The position numbers were made by a program, and so were the translations under genes. Below are positions 47,105 to 59,535 of a stretch of DNA of 64,000 nucleotides, piece after piece (the first letter of the stretch is position 1; the number at the start of each line of letters is the position of its first letter). The notes beneath the pieces were generated by a model. The model had not been told where the DNA came from and searched no databases. It saw only the letters and a list, made by a program, of their open reading frames with translations. The DNA is taken from the NCBI GenBank assembly GCA_002633005.1, contig NMRA01000459.1, positions 171,047-235,046 of the forward strand, read 5' to 3'. The DNA is from Phoronis australis. Lineage: Eukaryota > Animalia > Phoronida.

Positions 47105-50100
47105 TTAGTGATTTGCAATTTCAAAGAACTTTTCCACTAGAATGAGTGTGGCAATCATAAAACCATGCAAATGGTGACACGAGCTGGCCCCATTGGTCTT
47201 ATCTGTTGTGGGTTCAGGGCTATGTTGAATAAACATGCTGACGACGGTCAAAGAACCATTATTCGGGGCAGGTGTAAGGCCGACCAGTTTACACATCAGA
47301 GGGTAGATGTCAACGTTGTCAAACGGTTCAGAAACAAATTTCTTTTTAAAGTTTGGCCCCCTGGCGAGGAAAAATGCCTTCATAGTCATCAGCTCATTAT
47401 CGTAGCCATGTCCACCGACGTTAGGCTGGGGCGCACTGGTCTGGAACAAAAACATGAACGCAGTTATCCAGCAAAACAGATCTGACACCTGGAACAGTTG
47501 CAAATAGCTGCTAACAGTTGTACATACATGTAATTGAGTAGATTAGCACAGAAAGCATAATTTGTTGTGTTTGTTTGAGACATGCCTTCACTGGGTAAGA
47601 CAATAATGCAATGCTTATTTTCTTTGTTGTCTGCGGCCTGTAGTTCATGTCGCCCTTCCCCGTCAGTGCAGCAACGCTGTCACGGTGCCACCAGGGACGC
47701 CCCAGCCCACAAGCGACGTGTTTGCTTTTTTTGAAAAAAAGTGAACAACTAAACAATCACGGCACCACCGACTCGATTTTCTAAAAAAACATAGCAGAAC
47801 AAAGTACGCCATTTTGGTGCATGGTAAAATTATTTTGAATATGTTTGTGAACACAAAGAGTCGTATTTTCATTTCTCAAAATATGGTTTCGACTTCTGGA
47901 GAAGCTTTCGCGAATTTTCGGTTGTTGATCACATGTTACACATAATACTTGTTGCACGGCCGCGTGCAGTACCTGTAAGCAGTCGGTAAGCGTGGTATAG
48001 CAACACACGTTGTATTTAGAATTGGGCGTGTGTCATTTGAAGGGTATTTAAAGAAACTTTTTCCCATTTATCGTGGTTAAAAAATTCATAATGGAAAATC
48101 AAATCTATGCTCTTTTAACAATACTCTGGTATTTGTGATCAAATTAAACAGAATTAGGTTACGTAGTATAATCTTTGAGTTTATACCAGTTAAAAAAATG
48201 GCCGCAACGGTTGAATGGCGTCGACATTCACGTCTTATAGACTTTAAATGTTCGAAACTGAACGCAGTGGTTCTGGTTAACGTAATGCTCTTTTTAATGG
48301 TCTCTCGTCATTGGTGAAAATTTCCTGTGTTCTAAATGGGAGAAAACATATAGCCAGAATATTTTCAAGACATATTTCAGAAGTTTTGCACGGACACCTC
48401 ACAAAAACTGCTGCATAGTAAAGCGATAAAACCGTGTCCCACCACACGTCCAGTCACGTGCCTCCCCACACGTCCGGTCACGTGCCCCCCCCCCACACCA
48501 GTCATTACTGTAACCCGTTTCCCACCACTACTAATGTCTTTCTGCTGTATAACTGACAACGCAGAACTCATAATAAGAATAAAGAATCAATTTGGTGAAG
48601 CCCTCAGATTGAGAATTCCTTTGGACGTCATGCATATCTGAATCGTGAATGGCTTTTTACTCCCAAAATACACAAGTCACCTTCCTAGACCCAGGACGTA
48701 TAAAACTTTGCAACAACAAGGAGTGAATACTACATATAGAATATTGCACAGTGTTTGATGCTTGATAAAGGTTTAAACCATAGAAGCGATACAAGAGTCA
48801 CAAGCAATCGAGGTTAAAATGCTCCGAAATTATATTACTGCATTTAACTTACGTAAACAACTTGCCAGCCTTCGTCAGGCATGATGACTATTTCCGGTAT
48901 TCTGGAATTGTGCTTATAATGCAGCCTCTCTGGGATGTCCTTCTTTAGGTAGACCGTCATATTTGGGTGAGCATTCTTCAACGCGTGGTACAGCTCCATA
49001 GTCTTGTTCGCTATGGGTATTACGTGACATTTTGTTCCATGGACGGGAACTGATTGGACGAGGGCTGACATGTTAACAAATTTGGAGATATTGATCAACT
49101 TCTTGGGATCTGTGTTGGTCATCCCGTGGTCACTGGTCAGAATGATGTTGACCTTGTCCAGAAGATCATACTTCTCGAAGGTGTCAAGAAGATAACCTAG
49201 CACTGCATCCAGGTCCTCAATCTTGCCAAGTAACCATTCAGAATCCGGACCGTACCTAAAATAGATGAACAGAATGTTGGAATAGAAAGTTATATTGAGC
49301 TCGCAAGAGACTTAATGCAGATGAGAATCTGTTAAGAGGCGTCTACCTTTAGAAACCGTTCGCAATGATTTCCATTTTACATATGGACAAACCTCGGGCT
49401 TTAGGGTTAAGTAGGACCCTAGAAAAGTTTTCAGATTTAGCTTACCTCGGATAAAATCTGAACAACGCTGTTACTGATGTCTAAATTATAAATGACATTT
49501 TCATTTTGCGTAACTTTTCATTTATTCCACAAAAATCATAAATGTCCTACTTTTGATAGCTCCTCACACAAATGTGGAACATTTTAAACACAGTTTCTAA
49601 CAACAGTATGGAGGTCACAGCATAAAGCGTACATATACAGTAGTACCTGGAAGATTTATATGAATCCGATCAACCATAGGATGCTCCCGAATTCATCCAA
49701 ATTTAGACATCTCTCTAGGTTACATAACCTTAAGTGTTAACAACTTTACTGTCTCGGGTTGATGGTTAGAAACTATGGAGGGTAAATCATTAATGCCAAC
49801 TTTAACTGCAATCTTGACAAGAACATTGACTTTAGCAAGTGGCCGTCCAAAGCAGAGGAGCTGTCTTTCATGTATTGAGTACTAGAAGACTTTTGATTTA
49901 CGTCAAACCAGAGCTTTACTAAAATTCAAAACATTTTTAAACGCCGTGTTCTATGTTCTTCACCTGCTACGTTTTACATTGTGAACTACTACACAGTCCG
50001 TGAGTGTGCGAGATCACTTGCTGCCGCTTGTACAATGCACTGTAGACTTATAAACCTCGAGAACAAAACACAACAAAAAATGGTCCTTTAAGTCATTCAC

Positions 50101-52469
50101 ACTGTACTAGCTTACAGTTAAATTTACCGAAAAATATTACTTATGACCCGTAGTATCGGGTTCGTAGAAGTAGAGGGTAGCGACATCTATCTCTTCTTTT
50201 GAAAACCATCGCCTCACTTCATCGACACGGTCTCTGAATACGGTCTTCTTGTCGTAAGGTTTATAAAAATTTGGTTTAAATCCTTGCAGCTCCACTTCAC
50301 TACCAGGCCAGAAATATGTGGCGCTATTCTTGCCTAGAAGACAACAACAAAGTTTCATAAGTGGTGATGACACAATCGAACTTGGAAACAGGTAGGTGCA
50401 AAATTGTGTGTAGCGCGACGTTTTGAAACATCATACACACGGTACTTCCAATCTACAGGAGTATATCTACCTTTCTCTATCGTAGAGCATTGCAATTTAG
50501 CTACAGCTGATATAAAAATATATGGAATTTCAAAGTCAGTTTTAAACGAGGAATACGTATGTGTTGGTCTATTTTCCTCAGCAAAGTTCCAGTCTTGGAC
50601 GCAGCCACATTGCTTAAATCAATCATTTCCAGATTTTCGTTTTTTCGCTATCCTTTTTTTAAAATCCAATTTGCTCACCATAGGGCCACAATTATACGGT
50701 ACCATGTTGTCAAGGAGTTCGTCATCTCGAAAACAGAAAGTACACTTTTTTGTTGAGTATTCAGTAGACACACAATTGTCCGGCTAAAGCTGAGGCCGAC
50801 TGACCTAAATCGACCAGGGTTAGTTGAGTCCTTAGGCAGATCTAAACTGCCCATCGTCAGTTCCCATAGCGAATCTCAGCTGCAAGGGTTGCGCCAGCAC
50901 CCTTTGAGCCCCCCGTTGCCCGGGCATGTCATAGCAGTGTCACCTGTGGAAGCTGTTACGTGCTGTCGTAAGCGCATTGCCACGCCTATCCGATCTCGAT
51001 TCTTTGTAAAATGGGCTGACAGCTTAAGGCCTACCTTTAGGTTTGGCCAAACAAAATAAATACTTATAATCGTTTTGTTGAGACGCCGATGGTTTCAATG
51101 CTTCTACGTGGTAAAGAGAAAATATTTTTTAAAAGGATTCTATTGACAGAAATTCTATATATACACGGTTTGTATATTTACAGACCATGTCCTGGAAAAT
51201 ATGGAAACCTTGCACAAGTGATCGGTGCAAAAAGAATGTTTTTACATGCGGTAGGTTTGTTACAACTTCTAATAGATTACAAGCTGTATGCGGTGTACAC
51301 ATTATTCACGCAGTCGCCATTTTAAGTTTTAAAGACAAATGCATTAATCACAGCACAAAGCGTTTTTTTAGCGTGCCTCGTTATATTTATGTCTCAAATG
51401 CATTTTAAACCTAAAATTGTGAACGAGGTCTCTAGGCAACAACTGGGATGTGCTATACTTGTATGAATTCACACCAATAAATCAACAGGTCTTGCCTTGT
51501 TTTCGGGCTGTGATCCACACCGGTTCGCCCTGCGTCCACCATTTGGGATCGGTAGAACCTTTTCCCATGCTGAACGTTTCACCGAAGTCGGGGTCGTAGA
51601 ATCTGTTGCCAACAATTCCATGGCTCTCTTCGTATAGGCCTGCATTAAACGATAATTTGCAACTCCCCTGAGTCAAATGTTACTGTACTATGCAATGTAT
51701 GCGATAAAATACGATTCTTGGGTTAACCCTCGTAATGATTCAGGGGCGCGTTTTGTCAAAGGTCTCGTGCGGTCACAGGGAGTTTTCAAAATGGCCGCAT
51801 TGATTACACCGTGTGATCTACACTTCAGAAAACGTTGACAACACGCGTGTCTACCGAACTCCCGGGTATCATTTAGTACTAAATGATACCCGGGAGTTCT
51901 GTAGACACGCAGGGAACCAGTGAGCAAATGACTAAGCCTATCCGCGCCGTCTTGAGGCTTGGAGACGAGGCTGCTATCTTATGTCTCATCAGGTTTGCCC
52001 TGTGGAACTGGAGAATTTTGTCAATCCGCATTTCAGTTAGAAAAAGGTGATTTAGGGCTACACCGAATGAAATGCACTCATGGAACAAAACCGCAGGAAC
52101 GGACACACGTGACTCGACATAGTCTGTTATAGTTTTGAGTAGATGTTGAATAAGATTCTCTGTAATTTCACAGAATAATTACAGGTTTTGTAAACACTAA
52201 TTTGAGGCGTGGCCCTGTACGTTCTATGTGTAATTACCTGTTACCAGCGTGTAGTGATTCGGAAATGTGGACGTCGTGAATGCAGTATTGATGTACTTAG
52301 CCTTGACACCTTCTCTCGCCATTCGCTCAAAGTTTGGCTTGTGTCGTACACGATCCAAATAATCATATCGAAACCCATCCATAGAAATCAAGAGTACTCG
52401 TCCAGAGTACGCAGACTGATAAGTTTGTACAAAAAAACAAATAACGAAGAGCTGGAGAAGTCGCAACAT
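47105..52469 (-). CDS. Ectonucleotide pyrophosphatase/phosphodiesterase, ENPP4/5-like, about 435 aa, 5 exons
   Basis: Exons 52469-52238, 51639-51496, 50333-50141, 49255-48853 and 47440-47105 (1308 nt). It has a signal peptide, ISMDGFR, catalytic [44 protein letters not shown] and a hydrophobic C-terminus. Intron 2 is GC-AG. Confidence 0.95.
48437..48500. repeat. Short ~24-bp tandem repeat containing CACGTG, about 2.5 copies
   Basis: ccacacgtcc(a/g)gtcacgtgcc repeated in ENPP intron 4. Confidence 0.7.
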
Positions 52470-53264
52470 CGTTTTGCAAACAGCACTTTACACCCTTATG
52501 TTATCCGCGCGTGACGAATTCCGAAACCGGGGCAGCAGGCCTCCTGGGTGATGAAACAAGAACGACGTGGTGTCACTTGTGTTCAAGTGTGGTAGCCTGG
52601 GTACATGTACTGCGCACTTGTCGTGGAAGGGAAAAGGCTGGCCCACACTCATTAACGCCCATATGCACACGTACACTGTATCGTCTGTGCCAGCTATTGC
52701 GCAATTTAAATATTGACCACAAGATACCAATATAGATAGCTTTGATTCGGAAAAGTTACTGCGATACCTAGTAGAGGTAATTGCTTTGAACCCTGGTTAT
52801 CATGACTTGTTTAAGGCCACATAAGCTCAAATTTCATCATCAATGAACAAAAGAAATTCTTCTGTGACCGTACTAACACGGTCTACTATTAAGTCATGCA
52901 GAGACTCAGACATACATGTAAGACAACAACTTCCAGTGACAAAGAAATTATTGAAAGCTGCAAAATGCATCTGGAACGCTATCGAACACTTACCGTGCAA
53001 GTCGCTATGTGTCGCCATATTTTTGTGTCGACGAACAAATGGTGGACAGTAACGACGCACGTTTTAGTTTTAATTATAAATTGCGTCATATCAATCATAT
53101 ATGATCGCTTGCTAATCCTTTGGAGTTGGTTTTGACTGATAAGTCTTGGAATGTATTTTCTGTAATATACAAACTGGAAAAGGGAATATATTTCAGCATT
53201 GTTACTGGTCATTGATTTTGGCTTGATGTTTCCTTGGCATGGAAATTTGCACAGTGACATGTAG

Positions 53265-55170
53265 TTCGAATATGTTGCATGAGAAAGAAAGACCAAAGGG
53301 GAGACAACGCTCGAAATAATATTGAACGGTCCAAACAAACCCGAGAAAACGATAGTCAGACGGATGTATGGGAACAAGACGGAAGGCGTCTTGTATGTCC
53401 GTTTTAGCCATGAGAGAATTGTGGCCGATGCGGCGGACCAGAAGCATGGCATTTTCAACGGTTTGGTAGTGAACCTGGGAGAAGGATCAGAAAATATGTG
53501 AATTAACGGAATCGGAGTCCCTCGATGCGTATGAAAGGTTATGGAAAAGGCGAAATTTACCAGAAACTTCCTTAGGTGTGAGCCCGAGAGGGAAGTGATG
53601 AAATTGTCGAATGGAGGGTACTGGTGGGATCCGGAGTAGCAGCCATAGTTAACCTCGTACTGAGTTTTGTGTTCGATTACAGCAGAGTTGAGGACCGCAG
53701 ACGGGTGGTAATGAGGGGGTGGGGAGGAAAACAGCGAGGAAACACCGGTACCAAAGCCGTAAGGGAAACCACGGTTGATGCGAAAGGTAAGGGCAGATGG
53801 GTAACCAATGAGATATGGTTCACATTTGTTTATTTTTAGAGGTGTTGGAAGGTCGGGTGGCGGTGGAGGTGGTTCGTGTTGTGGGTTTGGGATGGGAGGA
53901 GAAAGGGCACGCAGAGGCGGGGTGGAAGCCGCTGCAAGCGGTACAGCGGTGGAGGTAGCGACAGTGCTGCTGAGGGCAAAATGCGACTAGTTGAACCACC
54001 ATCAGAAACCGCCGGGTTGGGAGACGGGTGAACGTGGCTAGAGAAATTGGGAACGAAAGGACTGAGTGCGTGGGTAGTTAGTACGGAAGGAATTCGGACA
54101 GGTAGAGGGAGATGGAAGTTTGTGAGATTGGAGGATAACCTGATTCCTGAGTTCCATATTGGTGGTTTCGCAAGGAACAGGGATGGTAGAGCGAAGTTGA
54201 CGAAATTGTTGATCATAGAACATGGCGGGTGCAAAACCGAAATGATGATTGATGGAGAGGATGGTGTGACAAAACTTTGCGAGATGAGGTGCTTGATATG
54301 GGTGGCGGGTGGTGAAGATGGCTAAATAGATGAGGAATGCTTGGTTCCACTGGAACATGTTGTTGATGGAGCGGGATCTCGGGTAGGGGAAAAATGGTTG
54401 ATGGTTAACATTAAAGAGCTGAAACTGCGAAGAGGAAACAGGGATAAGAAGGTGAATTAATTCAACATGTTGGTCTGTCCTGATGAGGTTTTCGGTTTTG
54501 GTGTCCAAGTTGAAGCCCAAAGCCAGAGAGGTATGAGTACAGGTGCATCAAGGTTACCTGCGACGGGTGGCATATGGTGTTCCAGGGATTGGAGTGTGTC
54601 AATGCAGATGTAGTCGGTGAGGTAGAGGTGAGGACGGTTGGCGTAAGTGTAGGCTGGTGAACACCTGAAGGAGGCGCCGTATTATTGATGGTTGGCTGAG
54701 TTGAGGCCTCCGAAGGCTGAGGTGGATCATTGGCCAGTAAATCCCGTAGGGCATCGCGAAGGGTTGAATTGTCCCGTAGTTGTGTGAGAAGGTCATAAGA
54801 TAGAGATGAGGTGGACGACGGCGTGTGTACGGGTGGCTCTTGGCGAGGCGGTTGACGAGTCTGGTGATTGTCGTGGCATGCTGAAAGGGAATAGCAAAGG
54901 GAGCAGAAATGGAACAGTGAAACAACAGGCCAGCAAAATTATGGTTGGGCCATGAGGTGAAGAGAAGAAAATGGAGAGGTGAATTAAGATGGAATTTCAC
55001 TGAACGTTAAGAACGAAGATTTGAATTATAGAAAAATGCCAATGGCCGAACCCATTGTGAAACGGGTACTTACTGTATGAATAAACTGGCAAAAGTAAAG
55101 AAAATTGCAAGATGAAGTAGACACCCAAGGTGCATTTAGAAGTGAGGAATAAGCTTTTATTAATTTGAAC
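53265..55170 (-). mobile_element. Truncated Ngaro/DIRS tyrosine-recombinase retrotransposon (gag-like ORF and RT N-terminal half)
   Basis: Gag-like WNQAFLIYLAIF...YDQQFRQ and zinc finger CRYLHRCTACSGFHPASAC. RT motifs PPFDNF..LGLTPKEVSGKFRLFHNLS and AKTDIQDAFRLVPIHPSDYRFLGF..YYFERCLPFGLSFSCNIFE. It breaks off before YLDD; no RNase H or recombinase is seen. Confidence 0.88.
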
Positions 55171-55173
55171 TGT

Positions 55174-55586
55174 CAACATTGCCTACCACACCAACGCCGG
55201 GAGGGGGTTGATCTTGTTTGTCCAAAACTCAGTAAATTACAAAATAATTGATGATAAAATTATACTCTAAATGAATAACTGTTGGATTGATCTTTATGTC
55301 AACCACAGAAAGGTAAATTATGTTTTTTTTTTTCTATCGCTCACCCTCACAGATGTCCTATGAAAGGAAAGCATATATCAAAACCTTTTCAGAACAATTG
55401 CAAGAACTCTCACAAACTAATAAAACAATTGTTATCAACTGGGATTTCAACGGAAGAAATAGTACTTAATACACAGAAGACAATGACAACCAAGCCGGTC
55501 TGAATTATTCGATATTCTTCTCACAAATGACTGTATACAACTAATAAACGAGCCGACACGTCTAACCGAGTATTCACATTCTTGCC
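55174..55586 (+). mobile_element. Inverted partial copy of the adjacent LINE endonuclease
   Basis: Matches the reverse complement of 55945-56355 with roughly 10% differences by eye. Confidence 0.9.
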
Positions 55587-55591
55587 GTGAT

Positions 55592-56560
55592 TTACGTATT
55601 AATCTTATTGTTAAACCACGGTTTGTTCTTGTGTTTTATTGTTTTCATGACTGATGGGGTATTATTATCTAGTATGTTGTAGAGTGACTGTGTGAATATT
55701 GAGACTGCGTCATTTATGTCACTTTTGTTAAGTATTTCAGTCCAGTTGAATGTGGTTATGTCAGAGCGCAGTTTGTCCATGTTAACGAGGTTGTAATTCC
55801 AGATCTTTTTCATAATGTCTGATTCTTTAGGTGCGCAGTTGTGTGTGAATGTTGTTTCTATAATGTGGTGGTCTGAGTTACCAATGGGAGGCTTTACACA
55901 AGTGCATTCAATTAATCCGAGATTGTTTGTAATACATAAATCAAGGCAAGAATGTGAATACCCTGTTAAACGTGTCGGCTCGTTTATTAGTTGTATACAG
56001 TCATTTGAGAGGAGAATATCGAATAATTCGAGACCGGCGTGGTTGTCATTGTCTTCTGAGTACCAAGTACTATTTCTTGCGTTGAAATTCCTGTTGATAA
56101 CAATTGTTTTATGAATTTGTGAGAGTTCTTGCAATTGTTTTGAAAAGGTCTTGAAATATGCTTTCCTTTCATGGGACGTCTGGGAGGGTGAGCGATAGAA
56201 AAAACCATAGTATACCTTCTTGTGGTTGACATAAAGTGCAATCCAACAGTTATTCATTGATTTTTAATTTTATTATCAATTGTTTTGTAATTTACGGAAT
56301 TGTGGACAAACAAGATCAACCCCTCCCGGCGGCGTTAGTGTGGTAGGCAATGTTGTATTCTGGAATAATAAGTGCACTGAGGTTGTCTTCTGACAGTGTT
56401 CCGGAGTCACATATGGCTATGACCATGTAATTGTTGTCTGTAATAAATTGCTTGAGAAGTTCAAATCTTGAAAGATTGTTCGCCTTGATACTGTTGATGT
56501 TACTGAATAAGACCTTGAAGCTGGCTAAACACTGAGTGCCTGGTCCTGGATCGACATCAA
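55592..56560 (-). mobile_element. CR1/L2-type LINE ORF2 5' part (AP endonuclease), decayed
   Basis: FKVLFSNINSIK..., GRG/LILFV, FYRSPSQ, NFNA, QLINEPTR, CLDLCIT, GNSDH, IWNY and KPWFN. Confidence 0.9.
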
Positions 56561-56949
56561 AAGGCTTTGCTCAACGATAACTCTTATGTCACAACATGAG
56601 TTCTTCTTGTGCAGTAAACATTACTTAAGTGCGCAGCTCGGGGTCGTTTTCGTAGAAGAGAAGTGAGGTCGAGCGTAATAGGCGAAAAGCAGTGAGGTAT
56701 TTTTGTTTCCCAGACACCCGGACAGTTGTAATTAAAAACTGATAAAATTCATACATTTCGTACTGAACTCAATGTTTTTTTAATTCCTCTGGCATGTTCG
56801 TTGTGACAAAATTAAGCGCTTCCGAGCTGTTTGTAATTACAATGAAGGAGGTATTAGAATGATTAAACTATTTTCATTTTGTATGGCATTTTAAAAATAT
56901 TAACATGTTAACAACACTTGTAAACGACCAGTGTAAGAATGCCCGTTTA

Positions 56950-58096
56950 TTTCATTTCATCCTAAAAGTAGAAATTTCGCCATGTATGGAGTTGACTTTC
57001 TCAAGATGAATTTCCCCAATATTGACAATCACTTCTCGAAAGATTTTTTGAATGTGTTATCGCCTTCGGAAAGTGTTTGAATATCAAAAATTAGATAAAT
57101 TTTCCTAACTAACCTTTGTGGTTTAGCAGTGACCTGCAGGCCTGGCCAAAAAGCATTTTCTACAGGAACTGGTGCCATGAAGGCACAGCCTTTATAAAGG
57201 ACTGGTTTTCCCCAGACGGTGATATTTTGAACTATAGATTTATTGTGGATATTTTAGGTATCAACACGAAATTTATGGAGTATACCAGTCTAATTTCAGT
57301 GCTATTGATAAAGTTGTTAGTTTTGATACGTATTGTCCTGTTATGCCAACGGTTTTAATGAAACTGAAAAGTGGTGGGAGAGAATGTCAGCATAATTGTA
57401 CCCAATTAAATTACAGTTCAGAAGTCTCAAAAGCGGAGTAAAATGGGCCAAAGAACTGAACATAAATACAAATAATTTTTCATTGGAAGATGTTTATTCC
57501 CTTCTATATAACGCAGCACGAGACCGAAGAATTGGGTGGCTTCAGTTCAGACTCTTGACGAGAATTTTGATTACTATTACTAACTAATTCAAGTTACGTA
57601 TGACGACTGCTGTTCCTTTTGTGGACAACGGAAAGAGACTTTGAAACACTTATTTGGGAATGTGAAGTAGTAAAAAGTTAAAAACAAAATTTTAAACAAA
57701 GCAAATCCCCAGTATGTCGACACTCTCTCCTGCAACAATATTATTTTTGTTTTTTTTTTGATAAAAAGGAGAATTTTATAAACATTGTTTTATTACTGAT
57801 TGGGTAAACAGTTTATTTGTACCCAAAAGTTTGGATCAAAACGATTACTTCTAAGTACATTTTTTACTTCATCAAAAATGTATGAGTGAAAAGTATAGCG
57901 CTCGTAAGGATTTGAATTCAGAATTTGTGCAAAAAAGATGGTGTAACTTTGAAACTGTTTTTCTTAGTAAAGAGGATTAGGTGTGGAGTACACAGTGTAT
58001 GTGTGCCAGTGCATGTGTGTGTGCGTGTCTGTGGTGTTCTTGTCTTTTTATGTTATGTTCTCATTGCCAATAAATGTACAAAAAAGAAAAAAAAAA
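56950..58096 (+). mobile_element. L1/Tx1-type LINE 3' end (zf-RVT region, 3' UTR, poly(A))
   Basis: PLWF..SIFYRNW, KWAKEL, WLQFRLLTRIL and CSFCGQRKETLKHLF/WEC, followed by a TG-rich UTR, AATAAA at about 58069 and an A tail. Confidence 0.85.
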
Positions 58097-58246
58097 GATT
58101 TGTGGACTTTTTATTCATCAACATGCGTGATTTCACGTAACCGTTCCTCAAAATGGCTCCTGGTAAGATCAGAGAACTCGAGCAAACCGCTACAAATTTT
58201 CATCGATTTCTTCAGCTAGACTGAATCGTCTCCAGACTTATGGTAT

Positions 58247-58658
58247 GTCTTATTTATAACTCCATGTTCATTCACGTATGTTTCATTTTATTTTATTTCC
58301 TGCATTTTAAATTGAAATTCGTAACTTTTTTGTGGCGATGTACTATCGCCACTGTATGCTTGCTGCCTCCAGGGCAATATAATTGCCTACCCGCCTGGCT
58401 GACCATGACTCNGCGAATCCCATGTATTCTGAAGGGGGCTAACTTAGTGATTTTCGCGCATGCGCAATTCACGGTTTCAATATTGCTGGTAATGGTCTTA
58501 TTTATAACTCCATGTTCATTCACGTATGTTTCATTTTATTTTATTTCCTGCATTTTAGTGAAATTCGTAACTTTTTTGTGGCGATGTACTATCGCCCCTG
58601 TATGCTTGCTGCCTCCAGGGCAATATAATTGCCTACCCGCCTGGCTGACCATGACTCA
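58247..58658. repeat. ~165-bp direct duplication across a single N, probably allelic contigs
   Basis: 58247-58411 matches about 58494-58658; the N is at 58412. Confidence 0.85.
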
Positions 58659-59535
58659 CGCAGTTGCTTCCTGTTCAAAATATTAAAATATAGATTTTTG
58701 TCGGCCAGAGTTATTTTGGCGCCACGTGAGGTCCTATTTATAACATGCTCACAAAAATGAAATCTAATTTCGAAAAACCGTATTTGGTAGAACCATTCAT
58801 ACTATAACGCTATGGCAGTCCGCATCTCGGTCGGCTGTAGGCCTACATGAACATGTATCTAATAACAACTCACAAATCAGCCGAGTGGAGTCGCGCTGCG
58901 CTCTTTTGTACGAGAGGCGAAAAAAGTTTAAGGCATAAACAAAGACGATGTGTAGATCTCTGGCATTTAAAAACGGATCCGCGGTGTTCATCTGGATCTA
59001 CTAGACATTGTAAAGTACATATGGCGATAGATATATCGGACCCTGAAGAGTTGAAGCAATTTCTAAAATGACTCCTGCCTTGACCGTATTAAAATGAGGC
59101 TAATTATCTCGACTGATTCAGTGACTCTGACTGAGCTCCATTCAGTCATTGATATTGCTGGGTCAGGACAGCTGTTATAACAGTAGAAGTGATTCTGTTA
59201 CCGGGTTTGATTACGTCTCAGACGGCACTTTGCATGAATAATCGCATATATATATAAGACAAGACAAGATAAGATAACCATGCAGCCAGCTAGCTCCAGC
59301 AGCTAGCGGTGTGAAGACTCGTGACATCGTCAAAATATAAGTACAGCTTTGCATCAAGTTGACCAAGGCTAAATTCAAGCCTGCTGAGTTGCAAGTCCTT
59401 TGCCGTGTAAACTGTCACTATATGCTTGCAGTTGCCGTAGTGGTTTGTGCTAACTGATAGCCAGTCATGTTAACAATTAAAACATAGGCAGTGCTCTCTT
59501 TGCAATTCCCCCTCCCCCTCATAGTTTGCAGTACC

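Noticed and set aside
52979-55000. Several overlapping 90-160-aa ORFs as host genes
   Set aside because: They are frames or antisense shadows of the decayed Ngaro/DIRS gag and RT.
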